A stretch of 32,903 bases of DNA from positions 1-32,903 of the IMG/VR virus record IMGVR_UViG_3300005827_000051; one strand, given 5' to 3'. The position numbers and the translations under genes were made by a program. Position 1 is the first letter of the stretch. Each line of letters begins with the position of its first letter. Below the pieces are notes generated by a model that saw nothing but the letters and a program-made list of their open reading frames with translations, ran no database searches and was not told where the DNA came from. This document shows positions 9,172 to 18,254 of this stretch, one piece after another. The stretch is from a virus.

Positions 9172-10512
9172 ATGGGATTGCTAGACACTTTCGGAGTTAA
9201 CGATGAAGATAGAGGTGGCCTTAACTACGGGCTACTGAATGCTGGACTGCATATCCTTGCGAATAACAAAGGGAAAGCAGGCCCTACGATTGCCAATGGG
9301 TTGCTGCAGGGTATTAGTAGCTATCAAGGATATCAGAAGCAAAAACTGTTAGATGAAATAAACAAAATGAAAGCAGATGAATTAAAGACTGCTATTCAAA
9401 ATATGAGAGAATTTCAAACCGCTTTGAAACGTAGAGATACAACGCGGCAAGTGAGATCAGGATTTAATCAGCAGCCTATTCCTCCTGCGATGAATGGTGG
9501 TGGATTTTCTGGCTCTTGGTTTGGTGGTCAGATGTCTTCTCCACAAATGGAATCAATGGCGGCGAATCCTATACAGCAACAGTTGCAAGTTACTGATGTC
9601 CAGAGTGGAGTTCCTAAGCATGATGGGATAGATAGCAATCAGGATTACTACAATTGGTTATTAGAACAGTCTCAGTCAAATCCTTATGCGCTGGAACATC
9701 TGAAAAAATATACAGATGTTATGCCGAACTACTCTAAGGTAAGTTACGAGACATTAGGTGATAATAATACGGTAAATAAGGTAGTAACTGATCAGTTTGG
9801 CAATCCAAAAATGATATCTGTGCCGGTAGCAGAAGACCTTAACCAGGTTAATCTTGGCGGTAAGGTTGACTTGATTGGCAAGAAAACAGGAAAAACAAAA
9901 CGTTCTATGTCAGTTGGAATGACGCCTTATCAAGAGCAAAGCTTAGGATTGCAGCGACAAAGAGAAAATAGAATTGCGAGTGGTGGTGGAATGAATGGTA
10001 TGGCTGCTAAATCATTGCCCACTAAACCAGATAAACCATTGAATGAAGGGCAATCTAACGCCACATCATTTGCTGGCAGGATGGCTTCTGCTAGCAAAAT
10101 TTTAGATAAATTTGGATACGATAATTATCCAACTTTCAGTAAGTCTATTGCCGGAGGATTAACAAATTTTCTTGCGACAGAAGAAGGGCAAATGGCTAGG
10201 CAGGCAGAAGATAATTGGATAACCGCTTTACTACGGAAAGATTCCGGTGCTGCCGTTCCACAAAAAGAATTAGATCAATATAGGAATCAATATTTCCCAA
10301 CAATTGGCGATTCTCCTCGCGTAATAAAGCAGAAGTCAGAAGCTAGAAAAGTTGCTGAGCGCGCAATGCAAGTGTCTGCTGGTCAAGGTGCTGCACGCAT
10401 AGATAGTATTGTGAATGGAGCGCCAGAAATAGGGGTTGTCATTGATGGTCATCGCTATGTTGGAGGCAATCCAGCAACACCTAGTAGCTGGGTAAAGGAA
10501 ACGAGCAGATGA
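9172..10512 (+). CDS. Internal virion / ejection-type protein (putative)
   Basis: 446 aa. Its N-terminus MGLLDTFG... resembles that of the preceding gene (MGLLGSIG...). Call is positional. Confidence 0.55.
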   Translation: MGLLDTFGVNDEDRGGLNYGLLNAGLHILANNKGKAGPTIANGLLQGISSYQGYQKQKLLDEINKMKADELKTAIQNMREFQTALKRRDTTRQVRSGFNQQPIPPAMNGGGFSGSWFGGQMSSPQMESMAANPIQQQLQVTDVQSGVPKHDGIDSNQDYYNWLLEQSQSNPYALEHLKKYTDVMPNYSKVSYETLGDNNTVNKVVTDQFGNPKMISVPVAEDLNQVNLGGKVDLIGKKTGKTKRSMSVGMTPYQEQSLGLQRQRENRIASGGGMNGMAAKSLPTKPDKPLNEGQSNATSFAGRMASASKILDKFGYDNYPTFSKSIAGGLTNFLATEEGQMARQAEDNWITALLRKDSGAAVPQKELDQYRNQYFPTIGDSPRVIKQKSEARKVAERAMQVSAGQGAARIDSIVNGAPEIGVVIDGHRYVGGNPATPSSWVKETSR

Positions 10513-12212
10513 AAGGTCCGTGGGAAAGATACCAATCTTCTGAGCCCTCTCAAGAAGGGCCATGGACAAGGTATCAGTCTATTGAAAGCATCGAAGATAA
10601 TCGTCATCCAATAACTAAGCTAGCAGCTGGCGATACCACTGCAATAAAAAACTTTGGGAAAGGGTTTGTTAGAGGTATTAAAGACCCAATTGATGCTACA
10701 AATTACACTTTTTCTTTTGGCGATAGAGCTAGAAGAGTATCAAAAGAAAATGATGCATCAGAAGCACAATACCAGGCTGAGACTCCTGGAAGCTTTGCTG
10801 CTGGAGCCGGTAGATTTGTTGGTAATGTTGTACCTTTTTCTGCTGCTGCCCGTGCTCTTAATGCTATATCTTTAATACCGCGATCCCCGGCTATATTACG
10901 TGCCGCAGCATCTTCTATAGGAGAGACATTTTCTCCAAAAGTTGCCGCGGTTGCTAAAGGGGCGCCCATCAAACAAAAATTAAAGTCCTATATTGGCAAG
11001 CCTGCGTTAGAAGGAGCTCTATTTTCAGAAGCAATCAATAATAAAACTGACAATCATGACATCATAAACTCCATGCTATTTGGAGCTTTTGGAGGTGTTG
11101 GCGGCCAAGCCTTATCTAAAGGGCTAGGAGCTGGTGGCCCAAGACCGCTAACTGAATTAGACAAAAAGAATATTGATTTCATCAATGCAGGCTACACTAT
11201 TCCCCCTTCTAGTGGAAGAAATCCTTTTATCGGCAGTTTGCTAGAAAAAATGATTGGCAAGAATGAATTAGCAAATAAAGCAATTTTAAAAAACATAGAA
11301 GTAACAAATGCATTGGCAAGAAAAGGAATTGGATTGCCTGCTGACAAGGCAAATAACGTAATTATGCCAGCAGACATTGCAGCAGCCGAGCAAGGTCCGG
11401 CTGCTGTTTATAATGCTATTAGAAATATAGATCACCCAATTTCTCTTAACGATGGATTTAACGTTACTAGGAAAAAAATGCAAGCAGAGTATTTGGCAAA
11501 AGTACAAAATACGCCATCTGCTCGAGATTCCTATATAGAAACCGTTCTGTTTAAAGATTTACCAAAAAACAAAAAATATTCTTCTTCTGAATTGTTAGAT
11601 TTGATCAGAGGTTACAGATTTAAGTCTAACTTAAACTACAAAAGCTTGGACCCTTCAAAACGATATGCCGCAGAGCAAGAAAAGGCGATGGCCAATAGCA
11701 TAGAAAATCTGATTGATACCTCTGTATCTAAATCATCTCCTAGCGCCGTAAAGGATTTAAGAAAAGCTAGGGCTGATTTTGCAAAGATATTTAGCCTAGA
11801 AAAGGCGTTGAACGAAACAACTGGCAATGTGGATGCTTCAAATTTAGCTAGGCAGTATGCTAAAGGTGTGCCTATGACTGGCGAGCTAAAAACAATTGCT
11901 GAATTTGGTAGATCTCATCCTAAATATGTACTCCCTAATATGGCAGCGCACTCTGCTGTAAATATAGACAATTTAGCCGGTCTTGGCGCTGGAGGACTTG
12001 GGTTATATAATAATGGCATAATAGGCGGATTGAAAGGTGCCATGCTAGCAGCTGCTCGGCCTTCTGCTAGAAGCATAGTTACTTCTCCATGGTTTCAAAA
12101 ATCATTTGTTAGGCCAAAAGATAAGTACAATTTATTTTCTAAAATAAAAGGTGGTTTGGCAGAAGAGTTTCTTGGTAATGGCCGAGGCGGATTGCTTTAT
12201 ACAGAAGAATAG
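10509..12212 (+). CDS. Internal virion / ejection-type protein (putative)
   Basis: 567 aa with an ATGA overlap to the upstream gene. Ala/Gly-rich hydrophobic patches. Call is positional only. Confidence 0.5.
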   Translation: MKGPWERYQSSEPSQEGPWTRYQSIESIEDNRHPITKLAAGDTTAIKNFGKGFVRGIKDPIDATNYTFSFGDRARRVSKENDASEAQYQAETPGSFAAGAGRFVGNVVPFSAAARALNAISLIPRSPAILRAAASSIGETFSPKVAAVAKGAPIKQKLKSYIGKPALEGALFSEAINNKTDNHDIINSMLFGAFGGVGGQALSKGLGAGGPRPLTELDKKNIDFINAGYTIPPSSGRNPFIGSLLEKMIGKNELANKAILKNIEVTNALARKGIGLPADKANNVIMPADIAAAEQGPAAVYNAIRNIDHPISLNDGFNVTRKKMQAEYLAKVQNTPSARDSYIETVLFKDLPKNKKYSSSELLDLIRGYRFKSNLNYKSLDPSKRYAAEQEKAMANSIENLIDTSVSKSSPSAVKDLRKARADFAKIFSLEKALNETTGNVDASNLARQYAKGVPMTGELKTIAEFGRSHPKYVLPNMAAHSAVNIDNLAGLGAGGLGLYNNGIIGGLKGAMLAAARPSARSIVTSPWFQKSFVRPKDKYNLFSKIKGGLAEEFLGNGRGGLLYTEE

Positions 12213-12226
12213 TGTTGCCGGATCGG

Positions 12227-12496
12227 CTAGTAATAGCCACATTTGTCTGGCGTAGAGTCATCTGTATTAATTTCTTTCTCTAGTTTTTTTTGCCCATAAA
12301 AGCCATCATCATCAAACCATATTTCTTTAATATAAACATAGAGCCAAAATAAAAATAAATAAACAAACCAATTATCAATATCAAAAGAATACGTTACTGC
12401 ATAGCATATAGCCGTCATTATTAGCGTGCACAATAAAATTGTGGCTATTTTTTTGAAAATACGAATAATCTCATATAATACGCTATCTGTTTGCAT
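12227..12496 (-). CDS. Small membrane protein on the opposite strand (cargo gene in the tail module)
   Basis: 89 aa with two hydrophobic helices (IATILLCTLIMTAICYAVTY; WFVYLFLFWLYVYI) and an acidic tail. AGAGGG lies 9 nt upstream of the ATG. Very AT-rich. It is the only minus-strand gene within about 19 kb of + strand structural genes. Confidence 0.6.
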   Translation of the reverse strand: MQTDSVLYEIIRIFKKIATILLCTLIMTAICYAVTYSFDIDNWFVYLFLFWLYVYIKEIWFDDDGFYGQKKLEKEINTDDSTPDKCGYY

Positions 12497-12543
12497 TTTA
12501 TATATAGCCCTCTATTTTGTATGAGATAATTATGTTTTAAAAA

Positions 12544-13206
12544 ATGCGAGCTAAAATTTTAGGTCTTATCATGCCAATACCAAACAGCATTACAGACATT
12601 TCGATAGATGAGTCTTTGAATTATCCCAAAGGAACCGATGCCATTGGCTCGACTCTAGATAACTATCTTAGGTCAACCCAAGCTATTTTGAAACAAATGT
12701 TTGTTCGTGGCGCTGACCTTACTTGCGGTGCCACGCTGACGATTCCAGAAGTCGGTGCATATTTTGTCGTGACTGGAACTGGTACAGTTCAAGTTATAAG
12801 CAATTGTTTTTCTGGGAAAATGATTGTTCTTAGGTTTGGTGCTGGGGTGATCATCCAGAATGGATCAGGGTTAATTTTGCCGGGCGGAGCGAATATAACC
12901 ACATTAGCCAATGACTGTATCATTTTCGTTAATGAATCGACGAATGTGTGGCGATGTATTGATTACCTACGCTCTGATGGCAATACTCCTGTCCCATGTT
13001 TGCCGCTCTCTGGTGGCACATTAACTGGCCAGCTAACCCTCGCTGCGAATGGTGTTAATCCATTGAATGCCGTAACAGTGCAGCAATTGAGCGCTGGCAT
13101 CTCTACCGGCATCTCTACGGCGTTTGGCACTCCACCTTCAATAGGTGCAATTTTCATCACACAATGGGATGCCAGGATGAGCCAACGGTTTACTTTTGAA
13201 TTTTAG
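12544..13206 (+). CDS. Tail fibre / receptor-binding protein (putative)
   Basis: 220 aa. Contains the fibre-typical motif LPLSGGTLTGQLTL and an N-terminal anchor-like segment. The start could be ATG 12574 instead. Confidence 0.55.
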   Translation: MRAKILGLIMPIPNSITDISIDESLNYPKGTDAIGSTLDNYLRSTQAILKQMFVRGADLTCGATLTIPEVGAYFVVTGTGTVQVISNCFSGKMIVLRFGAGVIIQNGSGLILPGGANITTLANDCIIFVNESTNVWRCIDYLRSDGNTPVPCLPLSGGTLTGQLTLAANGVNPLNAVTVQQLSAGISTGISTAFGTPPSIGAIFITQWDARMSQRFTFEF

Positions 13207-13211
13207 CCATT

Positions 13212-14072
13212 ATGCCCAATACTTTCATTGACGGTCAAAAAGTAAAACGCTGGTGGGTAAATGGCCAAGAGGTAAAGAAAGCGTATATTGACGGTCAGCT
13301 GTGCTTTCAAAAAGAAGCCGTCGTATATGTTACCCAATCTGACTTGAATTACAACCCAAACACTCTTCAAGACGCTATGAGAGCAGCTAATGGTGGTGTG
13401 TTAAACAATGGCACATTTAGAATTGTCGTTAATCCAGGAGTCGTGATAGTAGGCCATAATTTTGCTGATGCGCCATTTATCTTTCACGGGATATTCAATT
13501 ATAAGGTAACGGTAGAGAACTATGGCACCGTTCTTGGAATGGGCGGCAATGGCGGATATGGTGGTGGTTACAATGCCGCTGGGATACAAGCGGGTTTTGC
13601 AGGTAAAAATGGCATTCTCGTAGCGGGCGCTGGCTCTGAAGTCATTATAGATAACCAAGGCGTTATCGGTGGAGGTGGCGGAGGTGGCGGAGGTTGTTAC
13701 GTTTGGTGGGAAGGAAACGGCTGCGATTCTGGCGCAAATTCTTGGGGTGGCGCTGGAGGTGCCCCGTTTGGCGTAGGAGCATGGGCGGCGTATCACTGTT
13801 CGCCGAAAAGCCCAGATGCGACTTACGACGTGTCAGGGATTGGCACTAAAATACCGAGTCCTTGGAGCCATACGCCTACTGGCGGAGGTGATGGTGGCCT
13901 GTGGGGACAAAGCGGGTTAGCGGGCAGCGGTTCTGCTGACCTCAGCTTTCAATTCCCACACGGGACGATTTCCACCACTAGCGGGGGGAACCCTGGTGCA
14001 GCGGTTCTTTTAACAGGGGGCGCATCCGTTAGCTTGATCAACCGAGGCACCTTGTATGGCGATGCACCTTAA
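13212..14072 (+). CDS. Glycine-rich tail-fibre-associated protein
   Basis: 286 aa. The N-terminus has a repeated DGQxVKK motif. The centre and C-terminus are Gly-rich (GGNGGYGGGYN..., a run of nine Gly, GGAGGAPFG, GGGDGGLWG). Locally GC-rich. Confidence 0.6.
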   Translation: MPNTFIDGQKVKRWWVNGQEVKKAYIDGQLCFQKEAVVYVTQSDLNYNPNTLQDAMRAANGGVLNNGTFRIVVNPGVVIVGHNFADAPFIFHGIFNYKVTVENYGTVLGMGGNGGYGGGYNAAGIQAGFAGKNGILVAGAGSEVIIDNQGVIGGGGGGGGGCYVWWEGNGCDSGANSWGGAGGAPFGVGAWAAYHCSPKSPDATYDVSGIGTKIPSPWSHTPTGGGDGGLWGQSGLAGSGSADLSFQFPHGTISTTSGGNPGAAVLLTGGASVSLINRGTLYGDAP

Positions 14073-14086
14073 TTATTGGATGAATT

Positions 14087-14377
14087 ATGTCTGTTGTTGA
14101 CGATAAAGATTTTCATGAGCTAAAGAATAAGTTAAGCGATAGGATCATAGATAAAGAGAGAAAGATAGATGAGTTAGATAGAAATATAAAAGAATTAATG
14201 GAGTGCTTTGAAGAAATTAAAGGTAAATTATTAAATCCACATGAAAAACAAAAAATATTAAATGGCAATACTATTAGAGCATGCGTATTAGCAATACTAC
14301 TGCTAGTTAGCTCTGTAAAATTAGATGCTCATCTAATCGAAAAAATAGAAAAGATATTAGAAGTAATAATAAAATGA
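14087..14377 (+). CDS. Hypothetical coiled-coil protein (96 aa)
   Basis: Charged coiled coil followed by one weakly hydrophobic segment (ACVLAILLLVSSV). ATGA overlap with the endolysin gene. Very AT-rich. Confidence 0.5.
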   Translation: MSVVDDKDFHELKNKLSDRIIDKERKIDELDRNIKELMECFEEIKGKLLNPHEKQKILNGNTIRACVLAILLLVSSVKLDAHLIEKIEKILEVIIK

Positions 14378-14955
14378 TTAACAACAAACTCAAACAAAAA
14401 GACTATGACAACGCAGCTCAACTGCTTGGTTGCGATTTCTTAACAATAAAAGCTATCTGTGCCGTGGAGTCAAATGGTAGAGGATTTAATCCTGACGGCT
14501 CTCCTGTTACTTTGTTCGAAGGACATAAGTTTTATAAATACACAAATGGCAAATACTCTGATGTCGCACCTGATTTATGCTATCCAAAGTGGACAAAGCA
14601 ATTTTACGGTAAGACCTGGAAAGAAGAGCAGAGCAGATTAGACAGAGCTATTGCGCTAGATAGAAACGCAGCTTATCTATCAACATCTTGGGGAATGTTT
14701 CAAATCATGGGGTTTAATTATTCCTACTGTGGCTTTAAAGCAGTCGAAGACTTTGTTAGCAAGATAAAAGAGTCTGAAGGGTGTCAGTTGGAGGCTTTCT
14801 GTCGGTTTGTTATCGCGATTGGTGCCGACGATGAATTGAGGAATAAAGATTGGGCTGCATTTGCTAGATTATACAATGGTCCGCAATATGCTAAAAATGA
14901 CTACGATAATAAATTATGCCGATCTTATGCAAAAGCAATAGCCAATGAGGCGTAA
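14374..14955 (+). CDS. Endolysin, N-acetylmuramidase family (PF11860/DUF3380-like)
   Basis: Motifs AVESNGRGF, LFEGHKFYKYT, WGMFQIMGFNY and DWAAFARLYNGPQYAKNDYDNKL match my recollection of the PF11860 muramidase domain. No signal or SAR sequence. Confidence 0.85.
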   Translation: MINNKLKQKDYDNAAQLLGCDFLTIKAICAVESNGRGFNPDGSPVTLFEGHKFYKYTNGKYSDVAPDLCYPKWTKQFYGKTWKEEQSRLDRAIALDRNAAYLSTSWGMFQIMGFNYSYCGFKAVEDFVSKIKESEGCQLEAFCRFVIAIGADDELRNKDWAAFARLYNGPQYAKNDYDNKLCRSYAKAIANEA

Positions 14956-14957
14956 CT

Positions 14958-17258
14958 ATGAAGTTTACTCCTGGGTATACCGACCCATTTATTTCTCCTG
15001 TTAGCGGGAGATTATCCGATCCTGCGCAACTTCCAGATTTACCAGATGGAGAATTATGGATCGGTAATGTGGATAACCAGGCTACTGCTCAACAGCATAT
15101 AGCTGTAAGCAACTTACCAAGCCTCGCAGAAAATAAAATATGGTATGGCAGTGATACCAATACTCCGATAGAAAAAGAAATCATTGGTGGAGATGGGATA
15201 TCGGTAACTCCTATTTTAGGAGACCTAACGATATCTCTTTCTACGCAACTGAGAAACTTAAACGATCTTGATACAGTGGGTATTGTGACACTAACTACTG
15301 CTGGGGTAGATACAAGTACATTTACAAATAGATTATTGTCTGCTGGTACTGGTATAACCATCACAAATGGTGACGGTGTTAGCGGTAATCCTACTATTTC
15401 CGCTATTAACTTAGGCACTGTAACATCTGTTGGCGTAACTGGATCTACTGGGCTATCCGTTTCAGGATCACCCATTACCTCATCTGGGACTATCTCACTA
15501 ACACTAGGAACTGAGTTACAGGGGTTATCTACATTATCATCGAATGGGCTTGTCGCCAGAACAGCATCAGGAACCTACGCGTCTAGAACTTTAACCGCAG
15601 GTACAGGAATATCGATAACAAATGGAGACGGGGTTAGTGGTAATCCGACCATCAGTGGTAACACTGGAACGGTGACATCGATAGACATAACTGGTTCTAC
15701 TGGATTAAGTGTTTCTGGCTCGCCGATCACCACTTCGGGGACAATATCTTTAACCCTAGGAACTCAACTACAAGGGTTGTCTGGATTATCCGCAAATGGA
15801 GTGATAGCAAGAACAGCGTCAGGAGCTTATTCTTCAAGAACCATCACCGCTGGAACGGGAATAACTGTTACTAACGGGGACGGTGTTTCAGGCAATCCAA
15901 CGTGCGCCGTGAGCACTTCTGGAGTAACAGCTGGTAGTTATACCACAGCGAATATTACAGTAGACGCGACAGGAAGATTAACTAGCGCTTCCAGTGGTGG
16001 ATCGGGAACCTATGTTGCCGTTGGGACCAATACGTTTGCCTCATCTGGTAGTAGTGATTATGTCACATTTAATAATACAACCACATCAGCTACCGGTACA
16101 TTCCTAGCATTCCAAAAGAATGGAACGACTTTAGCTGAATACGGTATTAATCCCTCAGCTACAGCAGCTTTATTGAAATCCGTAAACAGCGCTCCTTTTT
16201 ATGTATACAGCGCAGGATTATTATCTCTTCAAGGAACTACAGTTAATATACAAACTGCGGCATCTCCTCTTACCGATACTTCTTTATCTATTGATGCCAG
16301 CTACAATGTAACCGTACCACGTGGAGATTTAACTGTTACGCTAGGTAATACTACAGTAGGTAATAATCTTACAGTAGGAAATAATGTTACGGCAAGCGGA
16401 AGCGTTACTTCTGCGGGGTTAACATCTAGTCAGCAGGCTATAATAGGAACAAGCTCTGGTGTAAGTGCAGGAATGACTCTTATTTTAAAATCAAGTGCTT
16501 ATAGAAATATCAAATTAGACGGATACTACAGTGGTTCTAGTTTTTATGAAGCCTACATAGACGCAGCTAGTTCATTTTCTTATCTGCAATCTGGTATAGA
16601 TAGTATGACGAATAGAAATAATAAGCAGTCATTAGTAATAGAAAGTAATGCTACTAACGAGGTTAGTTGGATGGCTATGAATGGTGATTACATCCAATTT
16701 GTCAATCCATTTGATGATTTAGGTATTGTATTCACTGACCAGGATACTGGTAACGGAAATACATATGTGTGTTATATTTCTAGTTCAGGTACCGTAGTTT
16801 CAAGCTCAATAAATAAAAAGTTTAGTATTAGGAAAAAAGAACATAAAAATTATTTAGATAGAATTAACCAATTAAACGTTTATAGCTATGCATATAGACA
16901 CTCTATTAATGAGTCAGATTCAGAAGAAAAGAAAGCTAGAAAGTACTTTAAAAATAAGAAACTACAAGTTGGGTTAATAGCTGAAGAAGTAGAGCAGTTA
17001 TTTGAAAATTGTACTGACAAAACAAAATTCATTGAGGTGAGCAATAGCAATAAAACTGAGTTTGAAACTTTAACAGATTTATACATTCCTAGCGTCGATG
17101 AAGAAGAATACTTGAATAAGAAAAACAAAAATAGAGATGGTCCAGGTATAAAATACGATACTATGTTATGTTATACTATATTAGCTCTGCAGGAGTTATC
17201 TAGAAAAGTTGATGATTTATTAAAGGAAAGTAACAATGGCGTACATACCCAATCGTAA
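14958..17258 (+). CDS. Tail fibre with internal tandem repeats and a C-terminal S74-type intramolecular chaperone domain
   Basis: 766 aa. The C-terminus (~16815..17258) has FSIRKKEH..YLDRINQLNVYSYAY...QVGLIAEEVEQLFEN...LCYTILALQELSRKVDDL, the pattern of endosialidase-chaperone (Peptidase_S74) domains. Confidence 0.85.
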   Translation: MKFTPGYTDPFISPVSGRLSDPAQLPDLPDGELWIGNVDNQATAQQHIAVSNLPSLAENKIWYGSDTNTPIEKEIIGGDGISVTPILGDLTISLSTQLRNLNDLDTVGIVTLTTAGVDTSTFTNRLLSAGTGITITNGDGVSGNPTISAINLGTVTSVGVTGSTGLSVSGSPITSSGTISLTLGTELQGLSTLSSNGLVARTASGTYASRTLTAGTGISITNGDGVSGNPTISGNTGTVTSIDITGSTGLSVSGSPITTSGTISLTLGTQLQGLSGLSANGVIARTASGAYSSRTITAGTGITVTNGDGVSGNPTCAVSTSGVTAGSYTTANITVDATGRLTSASSGGSGTYVAVGTNTFASSGSSDYVTFNNTTTSATGTFLAFQKNGTTLAEYGINPSATAALLKSVNSAPFYVYSAGLLSLQGTTVNIQTAASPLTDTSLSIDASYNVTVPRGDLTVTLGNTTVGNNLTVGNNVTASGSVTSAGLTSSQQAIIGTSSGVSAGMTLILKSSAYRNIKLDGYYSGSSFYEAYIDAASSFSYLQSGIDSMTNRNNKQSLVIESNATNEVSWMAMNGDYIQFVNPFDDLGIVFTDQDTGNGNTYVCYISSSGTVVSSSINKKFSIRKKEHKNYLDRINQLNVYSYAYRHSINESDSEEKKARKYFKNKKLQVGLIAEEVEQLFENCTDKTKFIEVSNSNKTEFETLTDLYIPSVDEEEYLNKKNKNRDGPGIKYDTMLCYTILALQELSRKVDDLLKESNNGVHTQS
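15339..15910 (+). repeat. Tandem coding repeat (~252-255 nt, about 2.3 copies) within the tail fibre
   Basis: AGTGI(T/S)ITNGDGVSGNPTIS...GTVTS..(V/I)TGSTGLSVSGSPIT(S/T)SGTISLTLGT(E/Q)LQGLS.LS.NG..ARTASG.Y.SRT occurs twice in full, starting near 15339 and 15594, and a third copy starts near 15843. Confidence 0.85.
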
Positions 17259-17445
17259 AGGTCTAAAAGAATTAGCTGGTTTTAATGTTGATACTCAATT
17301 TTGCCAGCAATTAGGAACGCGTGTTTTTAATCCAAATGAAGACGGTCAGTCGTATCAAGACCTATGCCGTGATTTTCGTGACGTTGTGGCTGATTCTATT
17401 GATGATCTGAATCGTATCGCACAACTAATCCCTGTTTTTAAATAA
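17236..17445 (+). CDS. Hypothetical protein (69 aa)
   Basis: Overlaps the last 23 nt of the fibre gene and is followed by a hairpin. No family recognised. Confidence 0.45.
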   Translation: MAYIPNRKGLKELAGFNVDTQFCQQLGTRVFNPNEDGQSYQDLCRDFRDVVADSIDDLNRIAQLIPVFK

Positions 17446-17452
17446 ACATTAT

Positions 17453-17480
17453 CCTCCGCAAATGAATTTACTTGCGGAGG
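17453..17480. terminator. 9-bp hairpin (possible terminator)
   Basis: cctccgcaa (17453-17461) pairs with ttgcggagg (17472-17480) around a 10-nt loop. There is no clear U-tract on either strand. Confidence 0.35.
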
Positions 17481-17491
17481 CGTAAACCATT

Positions 17492-17833
17492 ATGACAATT
17501 AATTTTGTTTTATTTAAAATGAGTTCGTCAAAAGATATTGACGACACGGAAACAGTTATACTGTCAGCTGCCAATACATGTATATTGGATAGCATTTGCT
17601 TGTCTAACCAAACAAATAATGCTATGGCTATTGATATAGCCATTCGTCGCACAGGTCCAGAAACCTTTATCTTCAAGAAAAATTTGATTCTTGATTCATT
17701 TGAAACAAAAGATGCTTTATTAGATTTAACCGTTACATTGGAGCCTAACGACGAATTAGTCGTTAACTCTGACTTTTCTACCAGCCTATTTAGTACTTTT
17801 GTTTCTTACCGAGAGCTGACTGAGTTACCGTAA
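17492..17833 (+). CDS. Hypothetical protein (113 aa)
   Basis: Beta-rich small protein. LEPNDELVVNS faintly echoes the MPNES.VVYT motif of 4982/5315. Confidence 0.5.
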   Translation: MTINFVLFKMSSSKDIDDTETVILSAANTCILDSICLSNQTNNAMAIDIAIRRTGPETFIFKKNLILDSFETKDALLDLTVTLEPNDELVVNSDFSTSLFSTFVSYRELTELP

Positions 17834-17834
17834 T

Positions 17835-18020
17835 ATGAACTTTAAAGCAATTTCAGCATGGCTATTTAGCGCTCTTGTTTCGATAATGGCGTTTTTGTTT
17901 TTCCAAGTAAATATTAGGATTTCCAATATAGAAGAAAAGTTAAATGATATTGAGAATAAAGTTATTATTAATAGCGACAATATAAGAGAGATAGAGAAAG
18001 AATTAATTAAAATTCAATAG
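17835..18020 (+). CDS. Small membrane protein (N-terminal TM plus coiled coil), possibly a holin-associated factor
   Basis: 61 aa with a TM segment ISAWLFSALVSIMAFLFFQV followed by a charged helix. It lies immediately upstream of the holin-like gene. Confidence 0.45.
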   Translation: MNFKAISAWLFSALVSIMAFLFFQVNIRISNIEEKLNDIENKVIINSDNIREIEKELIKIQ

Positions 18021-18023
18021 AAT

Positions 18024-18254
18024 ATGCAAGCAAGAAAAATTAATATAAAAAAAGAGTTTAAGTATGTGCTATTTGGTGATGATGATCAAAAGACGTCCAC
18101 ATTTCATTTCATCGCTATAATAGCATTTATTGTGGCTATTGCATTAGAAATCTATTCGGTAGTGGCTCAAGTTAGATTCGATTTTATAGGCTATGGCATA
18201 GGAATTGGAGCTATCGTCTCTGGGCTTGGAATAGGCAAAAAGTTGGATAAGTAA
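18024..18254 (+). CDS. Holin (putative, two TM segments)
   Basis: 76 aa. Two hydrophobic helices (FHFIAIIAFIVAIALEIYSVV; IGYGIGIGAIVSGLGIG) and a charged C-terminus KKLDK. It lies directly upstream of the spanin genes (TAATG junction). Confidence 0.6.
   Translation: MQARKINIKKEFKYVLFGDDDQKTSTFHFIAIIAFIVAIALEIYSVVAQVRFDFIGYGIGIGAIVSGLGIGKKLDK

Noticed and set aside
13401-13796. 131-aa minus-strand ORF antisense to the Gly-rich protein gene
   Set aside because: It lies in a GC-rich Gly-codon region where the antisense frame stays open by composition. It has a Ser/Ala/Thr/Arg-rich low-complexity product and no RBS.
15089-15475. 128-aa minus-strand ORF antisense to the tail fibre
   Set aside because: It is antisense to a strongly supported repeat-containing fibre gene. 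The open frame is explained by the Thr/Gly/Ser codon bias of the sense strand.
12544-17258. Diversity-generating retroelement, considered because the virion module resembles BPP-1-like podoviruses
   Set aside because: I found no reverse-transcriptase-like ORF anywhere in the genome. I also found no template/variable repeat pair near the fibre gene 3' ends. The only repeats are in-frame tandem modules within one fibre gene.
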